Source: a virus. From it: a stretch of 64,000 nt of DNA. Shown here in pieces: positions 63,346 through 64,000 of the stretch. The notes under the pieces are model-generated. The model was not told the DNA's origin, did no database searches, and was given only the letters and a program-made list of their open reading frames with translations. Positions within the stretch are counted from its first letter, which is position 1. Every line of letters starts with the position of its first letter. Location of the stretch: positions 31,669-95,668 of the IMG/VR virus record IMGVR_UViG_3300022591_000004. One strand, 5' to 3'. The position numbers and the translations under genes were made by a program.

Positions 63346-63572
63346 AGACCGTTAGCCTTCTTAAATACCTCAACAAAATTTTTGCGCTCTGCAATCTGAG
63401 CCTCGGCTTCTTCTACCTGCTCAGGAGTCAACTTATCCTTACTGGACTCAAAGAGGGACTTGGTAGCCTCTAAAGCGGCATCAAACATGGCGGCTTGCAC
63501 CATACGGCGCTCTTTAATGAACTCTGCTGTGGCAGCGGCTCTAGCGGCGCGCTTCTCGGATGTTTTACTCAT
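63342..63572 (-). CDS. Hypothetical helical protein
   Basis: 76 aa ORF. Confidence 0.65.
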   Translation of the reverse strand: MSKTSEKRAARAAATAEFIKERRMVQAAMFDAALEATKSLFESSKDKLTPEQVEEAEAQIAERKNFVEVFKKANGL

Positions 63573-63721
63573 AGCTCAATTCCAATCCAAAAGAAGAGAA
63601 AGTCAAGGCTTATTGCAAATCGGTCAATAGAGATACCTAGAGCGAATCGGCGCCAAGAACATCCCCAAGATAGGTAAAGGCGTTTTTCAGTAATATGAAT
63701 GCAAGTTTCTTTATGAACCAT
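63569..63721 (-). CDS. Small hydrophobic protein, 50 aa
   Basis: MVHKETCIHITEKRLYLSWGCSWRRFALGISIDRFAISLDFLFFWIGIEL; TGCTACTCT 6 nt before the ATG; ATGA overlap downstream. Confidence 0.55.
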   Translation of the reverse strand: MVHKETCIHITEKRLYLSWGCSWRRFALGISIDRFAISLDFLFFWIGIEL

Positions 63722-63825
63722 GGGGAAAGAGTAGCACAGATTAAAAAATCTCTAGGTCGTCCGTGTAATCCTCAGGGTTACGACAATGAGAGAACTCGTA
63801 TACATATCTGAATAGAGGGGGCACG

Positions 63826-63898
63826 CTGGTCAACTTGGACTCGAACCAAGAACCTGCCGATTAACAGTCGGCTGCTCTGCCAATTGAGCTATAGACCA
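63826..63898 (-). tRNA. tRNA-Asn(GTT)
   Basis: Cloverleaf: D-arm GCTC-AATTGGCA-GAGC, anticodon arm GCCGA-CTGTTAA-TCGGC, T-arm CTTGG-TTCGAGT-CCAAG; one acceptor-stem mismatch; no encoded CCA. Confidence 0.92.
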
Positions 63899-63972
63899 CG
63901 GAACCCCAGCCGTGTGGTCTGCTTGCGCTTCAGGGACGGTTCTGGGGTGTTCAGGATAAGTATATATCTTTG

Positions 63973-64000
63973 TGCACCAAGTAGGAGTCGAACCTACAAC
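63973..64000 (-). tRNA. 3' part of a tRNA truncated by the window edge (identity unknown)
   Basis: T-arm GTAGG-TTCGACT-CCTAC followed by an acceptor strand. Confidence 0.75.

Noticed and set aside
63745-63795. Hammerhead ribozyme (CUGAGGA on the minus strand)
   Set aside because: No stem II followed by GAAA. It is more likely a terminator-like hairpin after the tRNA.
63899-63955. SRP 4.5S RNA helix 8
   Set aside because: A GNRA loop is present, but the conserved CAGG/AGCA internal loop is not matched.
1-64000. Stop-codon reassignment, inteins or introns in core genes
   Set aside because: Core genes are full length under the standard code, all three stops terminate genes, and terminase, DnaB, primase and helicase are of normal size.

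Overview
This window is a contiguous piece of a lytic, contractile-tailed (myovirus-type) phage genome. The host is most likely an Actinobacterium, judging from whiB, a PASTA-domain protein and many leaderless genes. Almost everything is on the minus strand. From the right end: two tRNAs (Asn plus one truncated); small basic proteins; a large secreted PA14/FN3/Pro-rich protein leading into holin-like genes and a CHAP endolysin; a split-PASTA protein; a plus-strand lytic transglycosylase + whiB operon; terminase, portal, scaffold, major capsid protein and head-tail adaptor; an ~18 kb island of collagen-like, lectin and FN3 fibres interleaved with glycosyltransferases, TPR and beta-propeller genes and an inverted methyltransferase-like + PaaK/CapK-like ligase cassette; neck, sheath, tube, chaperone, tape measure and baseplate genes; and a replication module (initiator, DnaC-like loader, DnaB, primase, dNMP kinase, SNF2 helicase, SSB, family A polymerase). 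The most notable observations are (1) an apparent daisy-chained, branched fibre system with matching docking peptides and domains plus its own candidate glycosylation/acylation enzymes, (2) a tightly bounded +1 frameshift at UUU_CGC in the tail chaperone, (3) anti-Shine-Dalgarno loop RNA structures upstream of the polymerase and terminase, (4) a promoter with a palindromic operator shared by terminase and portal, and (5) a 24-Tyr stalk-like loop in a fibre tip. All protein calls come from motif recognition by eye; no database searches or folding programs were run.
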